Assembly: GCA_027311385.1 (NCBI GenBank)
Contig: DAICZA010000001.1
Coordinates: forward strand, 5,271-69,270
Length of the DNA: 64,000 nucleotides
Reading direction: 5' to 3'
Source: a bacterium
GTDB taxonomy: Bacteria; Patescibacteriota; Minisyncoccia; Phycocordibacterales; Phycocordibacteraceae
The notes under the pieces are model-generated. The model was not told the origin of the DNA. It ran no database searches and saw only the letters and a program-made list of their open reading frames with translations. The position numbers were made by a program, and so were the translations under genes. Of this stretch, positions 47,450 to 57,198 are shown piece after piece (positions within the stretch are counted from its first letter, which is position 1; each line of letters opens with the position of its first letter).

Positions 47450-48004
47450 TCAATTGACGTCCGCCTCCGGAACCTCTTTCACTACCATTTTGCGAGCCAG
47501 GTAAAACGTGACGCAGGCGACCGCGATGCCGATGACTGCCCCGCCGATAATATCCAACGGGTAGTGCACGCCCGCTGCGACGCGGCCGATGGTGATGACC
47601 GCCGCCGCGATGAAGAACCACGTGCCCCACGTCTTATTGTAGAAATAGAGCGCCGTCGCCATCGCAAAGAAGAACGTCGCATGCCCCGAGGGGAACGACC
47701 ATGCGCTGTCGGTGAACAAATTATGCACATTGGGGAGCGCATTGAACGGCCGCACCCGGTGGTAGAAAAAACGGATGACCTCAGCCACGCCGAACCGGGA
47801 GACGACGCTCGCGATAGAGGTCACCCAGAATATTTCCCACTTCTTCCGCACCGGATAGCTTGAGAAGTAGACGGTGACGAAGAAAAGAATGCCGACGATG
47901 TACGCCAGATACGACGCGCAGAAGACAATGAGCCAATCAAGCACGGGTGAATGCCCCGCAAGACTGTTCAGGGCGTAGAAGAGCTGGGTATCAAGAGCCA
48001 TCAT
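47450..48004 (-). CDS. PAP2 family phosphatase (undecaprenyl-diphosphatase-like)
   Basis: KxxxxxxRP (HRVRPF), PSGH, GVHYPLD motifs; 5-6 TM. Confidence 0.8.
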   Translation of the reverse strand: MMALDTQLFYALNSLAGHSPVLDWLIVFCASYLAYIVGILFFVTVYFSSYPVRKKWEIFWVTSIASVVSRFGVAEVIRFFYHRVRPFNALPNVHNLFTDSAWSFPSGHATFFFAMATALYFYNKTWGTWFFIAAAVITIGRVAAGVHYPLDIIGGAVIGIAVACVTFYLARKMVVKEVPEADVN

Positions 48005-48025
48005 AGTGACAAATTTTTTATTATA

Positions 48026-48601
48026 TTAATGCATCGGCACGAGGGAACCGACGACGACGCCCATAATAATAGCCGCACCGCCCAGAAGCGCCATCCGCGC
48101 GCCGCGCCAGACCATCGGCAGGCGCGAGAAGCGAGCGCTCGCCATCCCGACGATGAAGAGCGCGATGATGGAGACGCCGATGGAGGTCGCGAGCGCGACC
48201 CACGTGCCGAAGATGAGGTACGGCAGAAGCGGAATGAGCGCCGCGACGACGAACGTGACGAACATCACCGCGCCGGCGGCGACAGACGGACCGTCGGCGA
48301 CGTCGGCCTTGCTCGCATACTCCTCCGCCGATTCCTCGGAGAGGAAATTCCCCACCGCCATGGAGAACGCTTCCACAAAGGCGTAGACAATGCCCGTCAG
48401 AGCCAAGGTCGCGTGCGGCGCGCCCGCGACATCAATGCCGGCGAGGAGCCCGACGGTGGAGACGAGACTGTCGGTCACGCCGAACACGATGGTGCGCAGA
48501 TAGAGCGCGGGCGATTTCATAAAAAGGATCATAGCATGCGCCACACCGTTGTTTCCCCAAAAGAAAACCCGGCCGCGTTGCGCGGCCGGGCGTCGCTCCA
48601 A
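48026..48601 (-). CDS. VIT1/CCC1 family membrane protein
   Basis: VTDSLVSTVGLLAGI...EAFSMAVGNFLSEESAEEY pattern, 5 TM; start probably an internal Met. Confidence 0.65.
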   Translation of the reverse strand: MERRPAAQRGRVFFWGNNGVAHAMILFMKSPALYLRTIVFGVTDSLVSTVGLLAGIDVAGAPHATLALTGIVYAFVEAFSMAVGNFLSEESAEEYASKADVADGPSVAAGAVMFVTFVVAALIPLLPYLIFGTWVALATSIGVSIIALFIVGMASARFSRLPMVWRGARMALLGGAAIIMGVVVGSLVPMH

Positions 48602-48609
48602 GGCGGAGC

Positions 48610-49656
48610 TTAACCGGGGAAAACGATCCCGGCGGCTTCGTAGTCTTCGCGATACGGTCCGTAGGTATCCGGAGCAACGAACGCCAGCACAACTTCGCCG
48701 GATTCATTGCGCACGCTGTCGAGCTTTCCCCGAAACTTCAGGGAGAGGACCGAGAGCAATCCCCCGGCGAGGGCAAATCCGGTACTTTCGCCGCCGATGA
48801 TTTTTTTCCCGGGGTCATCCGGAGCATGTTGCCAGAGAGCCGCGCTGAAGGTGAGCGACTCGTGCAGACCGACGTAATTCACGTCGTCGGCGAGCATACG
48901 CCACGGCAATCCGGGTTTTCCGCCGAGATGGAGACCGATTTCGGTGCGGACACCGCCGACGGAACCATAAGGCTCAACAGCAACCGCCACACAATGCAAC
49001 CGGTGGGGCCGTGCCCGATTTTTGAATGCCTCTTTCAGCGAGAGAACCGTTCCGGAAAAAGTCCCGCCGCTGCCGACGCCGCACACCAGAATGCCGAGCT
49101 CCGGCAACTGCCGCGCGATTTCAGTTCCTATGTCCATATAGGAATCGGGATTATCGGGATTCCAGTACTGCTGTGTGTACCAGTAGCCGTGCCGGCGCGC
49201 GAGATCTTCCGCCCATTTCATCGCGTGGACCGCATTGTCGGCGAATTCAAGTTCAATGCGTTTGTTCGCACGCAACCGGGCAATTTTCCCCGGCTGGAGC
49301 GAACGCGGTACGACGGCGAGAACACGCTTGATCGGGAAGTCCGGCGCCAGCACGAGCAACCGCTCAACTACCCAGGCAAGCCCTTCGCCGAAGTTCCCCG
49401 ATGTGGACTCCACGATGGTGTCCGTACTGAGGTACTCGCCGCGTTCAATGCCGCGTGCGATGATGCCGCCGGCCGGCCATACCTTAATGTTCTTGACCTC
49501 GTTTTCGTAGCCGATGACGGCATGCAAGCGAATCCGATTTTCAAGACAAAATTCGTCCCACGGCCTCGGAAGCACCTGCCGGTCTACTTCAACCACCCGA
49601 GGCACAGCACGACCATTGTTCAGGTCGTACCATGTTGCATCCATTACTGTGTTCAT
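48610..49656 (-). CDS. PLP-dependent enzyme, cysteine synthase/Trp-synthase-beta superfamily
   Basis: ESTSGNFGEGLA loop, GVGSGGTFSG glycine-rich PLP phosphate-binding loop. Confidence 0.7.
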   Translation of the reverse strand: MNTVMDATWYDLNNGRAVPRVVEVDRQVLPRPWDEFCLENRIRLHAVIGYENEVKNIKVWPAGGIIARGIERGEYLSTDTIVESTSGNFGEGLAWVVERLLVLAPDFPIKRVLAVVPRSLQPGKIARLRANKRIELEFADNAVHAMKWAEDLARRHGYWYTQQYWNPDNPDSYMDIGTEIARQLPELGILVCGVGSGGTFSGTVLSLKEAFKNRARPHRLHCVAVAVEPYGSVGGVRTEIGLHLGGKPGLPWRMLADDVNYVGLHESLTFSAALWQHAPDDPGKKIIGGESTGFALAGGLLSVLSLKFRGKLDSVRNESGEVVLAFVAPDTYGPYREDYEAAGIVFPG

Positions 49657-49772
49657 TCCGTTCTCCTCTGAAAAATGGAAACAAAAGAAGGCGTTGTTGT
49701 GCCCTTCTTAACCGTAAAGGGCTCCCGGCTGGAGCATACTCCCTCCCCGCCGCGGACGCCACTTTTTGCAGT

Positions 49773-50498
49773 ATGGGCGGGATGCCCTATACTGCCCGTA
49801 TGGATTCATCAACACCCCAGCCCGCCAAGCTCATCACCGTTGACGGCGTCACCTATGAACGGATTCCCATCAAGGTGCCGCGCCTGATTGAGTTTGGCGA
49901 GAATCTTGAACAGGTCATCAAAGCGTATCTCCTGCCCCACTACCAAAAGGGCGACTGGGTGGCGCTCTCCGAGAAACTTATCTCTGTTTCGCAGAATCGC
50001 GTCCGGCACATCTCTACGGTGAAGGTGACGTGGCTCGCGCGCTTCATCCAGAAGGGCGTGAAGAAGCATAAAAATATGACGGCGTGGAACAATCCGGCGA
50101 AAATCCAGGTCGCGATAGAAGAGGCCGGCGTGTGGCGGATTCTCCCGGCGATGGTCATCGGCGCTCTCGGCAAACTCGTCGGCATCCGCGGACTCTTCTG
50201 GATTATCGCGGGAAACCGCGTCTCGGAGATTGACGGCTTCATCCCCGAGGATATGTATCCGTACACCGAGTGGGCCGTGCTCCCGCCGCCGGACCCGCAG
50301 GGCGATTGCGACCGCATTGAACGCGACCTCGGGATACCGAACATCACCGGCGATATGAATTTCATCGGCGTAAAGATTCTGGGGGTAAGCTCGGGCGTCG
50401 GTATGGATAAGAAAACCGTGCGGAAGATTTTGCTGGACAATCCGCTCGGACAGGGCAATAAGATGACGCCGTTCTGCCTCGTCCGCCGCGCCGGCTAA
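49773..50498 (+). CDS. possible coenzyme F420-0:gamma-glutamyl ligase (CofE)-like protein
   Basis: GDWVALSEKLISVSQNRV resembles the CofE GDxxxxxSKxVSxxEGR segment; low confidence. Confidence 0.35.
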   Translation: MGGMPYTARMDSSTPQPAKLITVDGVTYERIPIKVPRLIEFGENLEQVIKAYLLPHYQKGDWVALSEKLISVSQNRVRHISTVKVTWLARFIQKGVKKHKNMTAWNNPAKIQVAIEEAGVWRILPAMVIGALGKLVGIRGLFWIIAGNRVSEIDGFIPEDMYPYTEWAVLPPPDPQGDCDRIERDLGIPNITGDMNFIGVKILGVSSGVGMDKKTVRKILLDNPLGQGNKMTPFCLVRRAG

Positions 50499-50505
50499 AC
50501 ACACT

Positions 50506-51285
50506 ATGCATCTGCGCAGCAGGATAAAGCGATACGTGCCGTGGCCGCTCCACTACCTGTACCGGAAGCTGTACTACGCGCCGCAAGACCTTCCCGCCAT
50601 CGCCGGATTCCTCTTTCATACAACCGCATCGCCGACAACCTTCGGCGAGCGCCTGCGGCTCGTCGGCGCGTTCTACCGCATTTCCTACCGGGTGGACTGC
50701 CCGCACACGGAGCACGAGCTCATCACCATCGCGCGCGCCATCCTCAATCTCGGCACCAACGTCCCGGGTGTCATCGTTGAAGCGGGCGCCTACCACGGCG
50801 GAAGCACAACGAAGCTGAGTCTGGTCGCGAAGCTCGCCAAGCGGAAACTCGCGGTCTTTGATTCCTTTGAGGGGATGCCGGAAAACACCGAGGCGGGCGG
50901 CGCGAGCATCTACGGGCGCGAGCACCACTTCCCGAAAGGAAGCCACGCCGTCGGCCTGGAAGAAGTCCGGCACAACGTCGCGACGTACGGCGACAGCTCC
51001 CGCGTGAGTTTCCATAAAGGGTGGCTGAGCGACACTCTGAAAGACTTCACCGAGCCGGTCGCCGCCGCGTGTATGAACGTGGACCTCGCCCAGTCCACCA
51101 AAGACTGTTTGAAATATTTGTATCCGCTCACGAGCGCGGGCGGCGTGATTTTCTCGCAGGACGCGCACTTCCCCTGGATTATTGAACTCCTCGGCGATGC
51201 GGCGTTCTGGGAAAAGGAACTCGGGGTACCGAAGCCGGTAATACGGAATCTCGGCTCCTCAAAGTTCGTCGCCATCCCGCGCTAG
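50506..51285 (+). CDS. TylF/MycF-family class I SAM-dependent O-methyltransferase
   Basis: GVIVEAGAYHGGSTTKLS ... AVFDSFEGMP ... DVDLAQSTKDCL. Confidence 0.7.
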   Translation: MHLRSRIKRYVPWPLHYLYRKLYYAPQDLPAIAGFLFHTTASPTTFGERLRLVGAFYRISYRVDCPHTEHELITIARAILNLGTNVPGVIVEAGAYHGGSTTKLSLVAKLAKRKLAVFDSFEGMPENTEAGGASIYGREHHFPKGSHAVGLEEVRHNVATYGDSSRVSFHKGWLSDTLKDFTEPVAAACMNVDLAQSTKDCLKYLYPLTSAGGVIFSQDAHFPWIIELLGDAAFWEKELGVPKPVIRNLGSSKFVAIPR

Positions 51286-51353
51286 CCGTTCATCTGTGCA
51301 TTACGGCGCCGACATACGGCGCGTGATGCTACTATGAAAGTGCTCGCGCTTCT

Positions 51354-52703
51354 ATGGACCCGATTTTTATAGCGAACATTGTCGCGCTGCTTTTTTCCTT
51401 CTTTGTCGTTGGAGCAATTCTCGGTGCCGTTTTTTCAAAACCGGAGACGAGGAAAACACTCCTCACGGAGACCGCGCGGCGGCTTCGCGTGCTTATGTTC
51501 GGGTGGGAATTCCCGCCCTTTAATAGCGGCGGCTTGGGTGTCGCCTGCCACGGACTCGTCCGCGCGCTCTCCGGCAAAAATCTGGACATCACCTTCGTTA
51601 TGCCGAAGCGCCTGCCCGACGCAGTCCCCTACGCGAAAATGGTTTCGGCTGAAATAGAAAAAATAACCGGCTCTTCGGTTAGTTATTCGGTTAATTCCCC
51701 CGTTACTCCCTATGTTTCCAGCGAATCGTACGCAAAATATACGGACGGCACGCCGGTGTACGGTTCGGACCTCGTGAGCGAGGCGAGGCGCTATGCGCAG
51801 TTTGGCGCAAAAATAGCGGCGCAGGAACCGCACGACATTATCTACGCGCACGATTGGCTCTCCTTCGGCGCCGGAAGAGCCGCGAAACGCGTCTCCAAGA
51901 AACCGTTCATCGCCCACGTACACTCCACCGAGTTTGACCGGGTAGGCGGCGATACTGTAGACCAAAACATTTACGACCTTGAACGCGCCGGAATGCACGA
52001 AGCCGACCGTGTTGTCACCGTGTCGGGCAGGACAAAAGACATCGTCGTCGGGCGCTACGGCGTACCGAAAAACAAAGTGCAGGCGGTGTGGAACGGCATT
52101 GACGGCACGACGGCGCCCGCCCCCGATCCTTCCGTTCCGGCACGGCTTTCGGCGCTGAAGAAAGCCGGGTACAAGATTGTCCTCTTCATGGGGCGCATCA
52201 CCATCCAAAAAGGCCCGGATTATTTTGTACGCGCGGCGCGGCGCGTCATTGACCGCGACCCGAACGTGCTCTTCATCCTTGCCGGCTCCGGCAATATGGA
52301 GCGGCAAATGATGCACCTTGCCGCGTCGCTTGGGATCGCCGACAAAATGTTGTTCCCGGGATTTTTGCGCGGGGCGGAGCAGCACGAGGCCTACGCGCTC
52401 GCCGACCTGTTCGTGATGCCGTCGGTCTCCGAACCGTTCGGGCTCGCGGCTCTGGAAGCTATGCGGATCGGGACGCCGGTTATCGTCTCAAAACAATCCG
52501 GCGTCGCCGAGGCAGTCAGCAATGCCCTCCAGGTGGACTTCTGGGACGTTGAGAAGATGGCGGACCTCATACTCTCCGTGCTTGAATCTCCCGCACTGCG
52601 CGATGCACTCTCAAAAAAGGGTATCGCCGAGGCCGCCGGCCTGACCTGGGACCGTTCGGCAGACGAGGTGCGAACGCTTATAGATCAACTCGTACCTGCT
52701 TAA
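51354..52703 (+). CDS. glycosyltransferase family 4 (glycogen/alpha-glucan synthase-like)
   Basis: N-terminal GGLGVACHGL, C-terminal GT-B EX7E-like region (PSVSEPFGLAALEAM). Confidence 0.8.
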   Translation: MDPIFIANIVALLFSFFVVGAILGAVFSKPETRKTLLTETARRLRVLMFGWEFPPFNSGGLGVACHGLVRALSGKNLDITFVMPKRLPDAVPYAKMVSAEIEKITGSSVSYSVNSPVTPYVSSESYAKYTDGTPVYGSDLVSEARRYAQFGAKIAAQEPHDIIYAHDWLSFGAGRAAKRVSKKPFIAHVHSTEFDRVGGDTVDQNIYDLERAGMHEADRVVTVSGRTKDIVVGRYGVPKNKVQAVWNGIDGTTAPAPDPSVPARLSALKKAGYKIVLFMGRITIQKGPDYFVRAARRVIDRDPNVLFILAGSGNMERQMMHLAASLGIADKMLFPGFLRGAEQHEAYALADLFVMPSVSEPFGLAALEAMRIGTPVIVSKQSGVAEAVSNALQVDFWDVEKMADLILSVLESPALRDALSKKGIAEAAGLTWDRSADEVRTLIDQLVPA

Positions 52704-52704
52704 T

Positions 52705-53910
52705 ATGACGTCGGTCTGCCTCTATCTGCAAATACATCAACCCTACCGCCTGAAGCGGTACACGGTCTTTGACATCGGTCATGACCGCGACTATTTCAAT
52801 GAGAACGGCGAGAACGATCTCAACAACCGCCGCCTGATGCGCAAAGTCGCCGAGAAATCCTATCTGCCGACCGCTGCGCTCCTGCTCCGGCTTCTGGAGG
52901 CGCATCCCGAGTTCAAGGTCTCTCTCTCCTTCTCCGGCGTCGTCCTGGAACAGATGGAACGCGACGCTCCGGAGGTGCTTGCACTCTTCACGCGGCTGGT
53001 CGCGACCGGCCGCGTTGAAGTGCTCGGCGAAACGTACTATCACTCGCTCTCCTTCTTCTACTCGCGCGCGGAGTTTGAGCGGCAGGTGGCACTGCACCGC
53101 GAACTCATCCGGCGGCTTTTCGGCGTTAGTCCGCGTGTCTTCCGCAACACCGAACTGGCGTACCGTAACGACCTGGGCACCTGGGCCGATGCGCACGGAT
53201 ACGCGGGTGTCATCACCGAGGGCTGGGACCCTGTTCTCGGGTGGCGAAGCCCGAATTACGTCTATCGCCCGCAGGGCGCGAAAAATGCGCGGCTCCTCCT
53301 CAAAAACTATCGTCTCTCGGACGACATCGCATTCAGATTCTCATCGCAATCCTGGGCGGGGTGGCCGCTGACGACCGAGAAATTCGGCCAATGGGTGGCG
53401 GCGGCGGAGGGCGATACGGTGAACCTCTTTATGGATTTTGAAACTTTTGGCGAACATCAATGGGAATCAACCGGCATTTTCAATTTCCTTGAACACCTGC
53501 CGAACGAACTCCTCAAGAATCCGCGCGTTGATTTCAAGACGCCCTCGGAAGTCATCGCCGCATACGAACCGAAAGATGAAATTGACGTCCCCTCCATCCT
53601 CACGTGGGCGGACACCGACCGCGACCTCACCGCCTGGGTCGGCAACGACCTTCAGCGCTCCGCCATCGGCACGCTCTATGGTATGGAAACGGGCGTGCTC
53701 GCGCGCAATGATGAAAAACTTACCGAGGATTGGCGCCGCCTCCAGACATCCGACCACTTCTACTATATGTGCACGAAGTGGTTCGCTGACGGCGATGTGC
53801 ACGCGTATTTCTCACCCTACTCAACTCCCTACGACGCGTACTCGTCCTATATGAGCGCGCTGAAAGACATGGAACTGCGCCTCCGGACGGCTCCGGTCGG
53901 TTCACCATAA
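52705..53910 (+). CDS. glycoside hydrolase family 57 protein
   Basis: N-terminal LYLQIHQPYR motif and (beta/alpha)7 core characteristic of GH57. Confidence 0.8.
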   Translation: MTSVCLYLQIHQPYRLKRYTVFDIGHDRDYFNENGENDLNNRRLMRKVAEKSYLPTAALLLRLLEAHPEFKVSLSFSGVVLEQMERDAPEVLALFTRLVATGRVEVLGETYYHSLSFFYSRAEFERQVALHRELIRRLFGVSPRVFRNTELAYRNDLGTWADAHGYAGVITEGWDPVLGWRSPNYVYRPQGAKNARLLLKNYRLSDDIAFRFSSQSWAGWPLTTEKFGQWVAAAEGDTVNLFMDFETFGEHQWESTGIFNFLEHLPNELLKNPRVDFKTPSEVIAAYEPKDEIDVPSILTWADTDRDLTAWVGNDLQRSAIGTLYGMETGVLARNDEKLTEDWRRLQTSDHFYYMCTKWFADGDVHAYFSPYSTPYDAYSSYMSALKDMELRLRTAPVGSP

Positions 53911-53915
53911 TCGCT

Positions 53916-55892
53916 ATGCGCGCTCTTATCCTCGGCAACGGTTCGCTCCTCGTCACACTTGATGCGACCGGCGAGGTCCGCGACCTCTATTTCCCCCATG
54001 CCGGACTGGAGAATCATACCGGCGGCGATACCCGGCACCGAATCGGCGTATATTGCGACGGCGCGCTCTCGTGGCTTTCGGAAGACCCGCGGTGGGAAAT
54101 ACAGGTGTCCTGCGAGGAGGACTCCCTTGAGAGCCGCATTACCGCGAAGAATCCGGCGATTGAGGTTGAACTCGCGTTCCGCGATATCGTCTACAACGAG
54201 AGTTCAATATTCCTCCGCCAGATTACGGTCACGAACCGCGCCGCACGGGCGCGGGAGATTAAGTTGTATCTCGGGCATAAATTCACCATCGGCCAATCCC
54301 ACGGCGGCGAAACCGCCTACTTTGACCCGGCGACCAAAGTCATTATCCACTACAAGGGTAAACGCGCCTTTCTCATAAATGCGGAGTGCGACGGGGTGCC
54401 GTTCTCGGACTATGCCATCGGCATTACGCACTTTGAAGGAAAGCAAGGCACGTACCGCGACGCGGAAGACGGGGCGCTCTCAAAAAATCCGATTGAACAC
54501 GGGCATGTTGACTCGGTCATCGGGTTGTATAACCGGTACGAGGCGGGAGCAGAAAAGCAGGTCCGCTACTGGCTTGCGGTCGGCGATTCAATTGAACGGA
54601 CGCTGGAACTGAACGCGTATGTGCTCAAGAAGAGTCCCGAGCACCTCGTGAAGACCGCCGGGAATTATTGGCAGGCGTGGATTAACCGGTACCCGTGGAG
54701 TTTCTATCGTATGTCTCCCAAGACCGTAGCACTTTTCAAGAAATCGCTTATGTTCGTACGCGCGCACGTGGACGACGGCGGCGGCATCATCGCTTCCGCC
54801 GACGCGGCGGTTCTGCAATTCGGAGAAGACACGTACGCTTATGTCTGGCCGCGCGACGCGTCCTACGCGGCGCTCGCGCTTGACCATGCCGGCGACACCA
54901 ATGTCGCGGAACGGTTCTTCAATTTCTGCAACGCGGTCATCAGCAAAGACGGATATTTCATGCACAAATATCTGCCCGACCGTTCGCTCGGCTCTTCGTG
55001 GCACCCGTGGATACGGGACGGCGTAGAACAATTACCCATCCAGGAAGACGAGACGTCACTCGTCATCTGGGCGCTCGCCAAACACTATACGCACAGCCAC
55101 GACCTGGAGTTCATAGAATCCCTCTACAATTCTCTCATAGAAAAGGCGGCGAATTTTATGGCGGCGTACCGCGACACCGCAACCGGACTCCCGAAACCGT
55201 CGTACGACCTCTGGGAACAGAAGCACGGCGTCTCAACGTTTACTTCCGCCGCCGTGTACGGTGCACTCTCGGTCACCGCCGACCTTGCCGGCATTCTCGG
55301 GAAGGAAGACCGCAAGCAATTCTACCTCGCCGCCGCCACCGAGGTTCGCGAGGGAATCCTGACCCATCTGTTTGACCCGGAAACGGGGAGGTTCGCGAAA
55401 ATGATTGAGACCGTTGACCGGAAAACGGTGTACGACTCCCGGACGGATATCTCAAGCGTATACGGAGTCCTTTCTTTCGGCGTACTGCCGCCGGATGACC
55501 CCCGGCTTGCAAAAGCATTTGAGAATACGGTTGCACGATTGTCGGTCCAGGGCGGCGTTATGCGCTATGAGGATGACCACTATTATGATGACAACGCGGC
55601 GGACGGCGTCAGCAATCCCTGGTTCATTACGACGCTTTGGTACGCGGAATACCTCACGGCGCGCGCAAAAAGCGAAGAAGATTTTGCAAAAGTGCGGGAC
55701 ATTTTTGAGTGGGTCGCCCGCCACGCACTGTCTTCCGGCGTCCTTTCCGAACAGTTATCGGCAACAGACGGCACCCAGCGTTCGGTCGCCCCGCTTATGT
55801 GGAGCCACGCCGCCTACGTAAACGCCGTCTTGAATTATCTTGACCGGCTCGCGGAGGTCGGCATCTGTCCGGCCTGCAATCCGGTCCCGTGA
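53916..55892 (+). CDS. glycoside hydrolase family 15 (glucoamylase/glucodextranase-like)
   Basis: YAYVWPRDASYAALAL, NPWFITTLWYAEY (alpha/alpha)6 barrel signatures; N-terminal beta-sandwich. Confidence 0.75.
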   Translation: MRALILGNGSLLVTLDATGEVRDLYFPHAGLENHTGGDTRHRIGVYCDGALSWLSEDPRWEIQVSCEEDSLESRITAKNPAIEVELAFRDIVYNESSIFLRQITVTNRAARAREIKLYLGHKFTIGQSHGGETAYFDPATKVIIHYKGKRAFLINAECDGVPFSDYAIGITHFEGKQGTYRDAEDGALSKNPIEHGHVDSVIGLYNRYEAGAEKQVRYWLAVGDSIERTLELNAYVLKKSPEHLVKTAGNYWQAWINRYPWSFYRMSPKTVALFKKSLMFVRAHVDDGGGIIASADAAVLQFGEDTYAYVWPRDASYAALALDHAGDTNVAERFFNFCNAVISKDGYFMHKYLPDRSLGSSWHPWIRDGVEQLPIQEDETSLVIWALAKHYTHSHDLEFIESLYNSLIEKAANFMAAYRDTATGLPKPSYDLWEQKHGVSTFTSAAVYGALSVTADLAGILGKEDRKQFYLAAATEVREGILTHLFDPETGRFAKMIETVDRKTVYDSRTDISSVYGVLSFGVLPPDDPRLAKAFENTVARLSVQGGVMRYEDDHYYDDNAADGVSNPWFITTLWYAEYLTARAKSEEDFAKVRDIFEWVARHALSSGVLSEQLSATDGTQRSVAPLMWSHAAYVNAVLNYLDRLAEVGICPACNPVP

Positions 55893-56026
55893 GCCGCTAG
55901 CGCACACCAGATCGGCGACGAACTGGGGTCGGGCGGCAACGACGAAGCGGTCTATAAAACAGACGCGCAAAAACTATATTTTAAGGCGTCTTTTGGTTGT
56001 TGCAGTGTTTGATTTATAAAAAGTGC

Positions 56027-56347
56027 TTGACAGGATTTTATAACCTGCTATGATAGCACTACGTTCTAGTCGGGAGGAGATTCCTGCCCCAACGAGCGTT
56101 GTGCCGGCGAGGCTTCGGTCACGCTTTGCACAGGAGGTAGATGTACCTGGAGAGAGAGTAGGAGGTCGGCTGCCTAGGAGCCGATAACATTCGGTCTCAT
56201 GAACCGAATCGTTCCGCGGAAATTCCGCCAGTGCGGCGGGGGAGCTCTGAAAGGACGGGATGAGCTCCGTCGTTTTGTGCCGGATCGCCCAAGGGCGATC
56301 CACGGGGTGAAGGTTGACCGCAGGTCTCCTTCACCCCTTTTATTTTT
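56027..56347 (+). ncRNA. candidate unidentified structured RNA (own promoter TTGACA-N17-TATGAT, multiple hairpins, intrinsic terminator)
   Basis: About 290 nt with no convincing ORF; hairpins GTCGGCT/AGCCGAT, ATTCGGT/ACCGAAT, GGAGCTC/GAGCTCC, GGATCGCCC/GGGCGATCC; terminator GGGGTGAAGG...CCTTCACCCC+T-run at 56304-56347. No RNase P, tmRNA or SRP signature seen. Confidence 0.3.
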
Positions 56348-56424
56348 CTATACTCAATTCTTCATAAGCCGCACGAGGCGGATGGTTTCAAACGAGTGAG
56401 TTCATTTGTTTTGTCCACAAATCA

Positions 56425-56449
56425 ATGATGGGTTTCCGAAACCCATCAT
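56425..56449. repeat. REP-like perfect palindrome at left end of the RAYT gene (ATGATGGGTTTCCGAAACCCATCAT)
   Basis: 25-bp palindrome; related copies at 56616-56636 and 57152-57175. Confidence 0.6.
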
Positions 56450-56463
56450 GTATGATGAGGAAG

Positions 56464-57153
56464 ATGGAACTTTGGCACGCACTCAATCGGGGCGTTGACG
56501 GAAGAGATCTCTTTCTAGATTCTCAAGATTATGCACGCTTTGTTCACAATCTCTACGAATTTAACGACGTAGCCCCAGCTGATAATCTTGTGCGTCTCTT
56601 TGATCCTTCTGGTATGAGGGATTTCCGAAACCCTTCATTTAGGAAAAGCCGCAAGATGTTGGTGGATATTCACGGGTGGACATTGATGAAGAACCATTAT
56701 CATCTTTTGCTATCCGAAAGAATCGAAAACGGTATTAGATTATTTCTTCGCAAACTGAATGTTGGCTATGCAAATTATTTCAACAAACGCTACGAACGGA
56801 AAGGAACCCTTTTCCAAGGACATACAAAGAAAATATTGATCGTGCGCCAATCGCATTTTCTTTATATTCTCCATTATTTGCACCTTAATCCGCTTGATTA
56901 TCTTTCAGGTGCACAAGAATGGCGTCTGCGCAGTAAAAACGGGATCCGGGGCACGGGAGCAGCATTAGAACATCTTGACTCATATCGCTGGAGCAGTTAT
57001 CTCGATTATACTGGCAAAAAGAACTTCCCTTCTATTCTTACCCCGTCTCTTTTTAAGAATGTGCTCGGTGACTATCGCGATTCGCTCAAGGAATATCTTC
57101 ATGACGCCGAGTATGAATACGATGACGGTATAACGAGACTGACTATGGAATGA
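56464..57153 (+). CDS. REP-associated tyrosine transposase (RAYT; IS200-like Y1 HuH transposase)
   Basis: HuH motif in IHGWTLMKNHYHLLL, catalytic Tyr region (YANYFNKRY); start at MELWHAL. The track start 56425 lies inside the palindrome. Confidence 0.8.
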   Translation: MELWHALNRGVDGRDLFLDSQDYARFVHNLYEFNDVAPADNLVRLFDPSGMRDFRNPSFRKSRKMLVDIHGWTLMKNHYHLLLSERIENGIRLFLRKLNVGYANYFNKRYERKGTLFQGHTKKILIVRQSHFLYILHYLHLNPLDYLSGAQEWRLRSKNGIRGTGAALEHLDSYRWSSYLDYTGKKNFPSILTPSLFKNVLGDYRDSLKEYLHDAEYEYDDGITRLTME

Positions 57154-57198
57154 TGGGTTTCGGAAACCCTTCATCGGGAGTGATTGAGAACATACTCG

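Noticed and set aside
56027-56347. Identification of the orphan structured RNA as RNase P RNA, tmRNA, SRP RNA or 6S RNA
   Set aside because: None of the conserved segments I know (P4 GGAAAGUCCGG/ACAGAACCCGGCUUA, tmRNA tRNA-like ends, SRP domain IV GGAA tetraloop region) is present; left unassigned.
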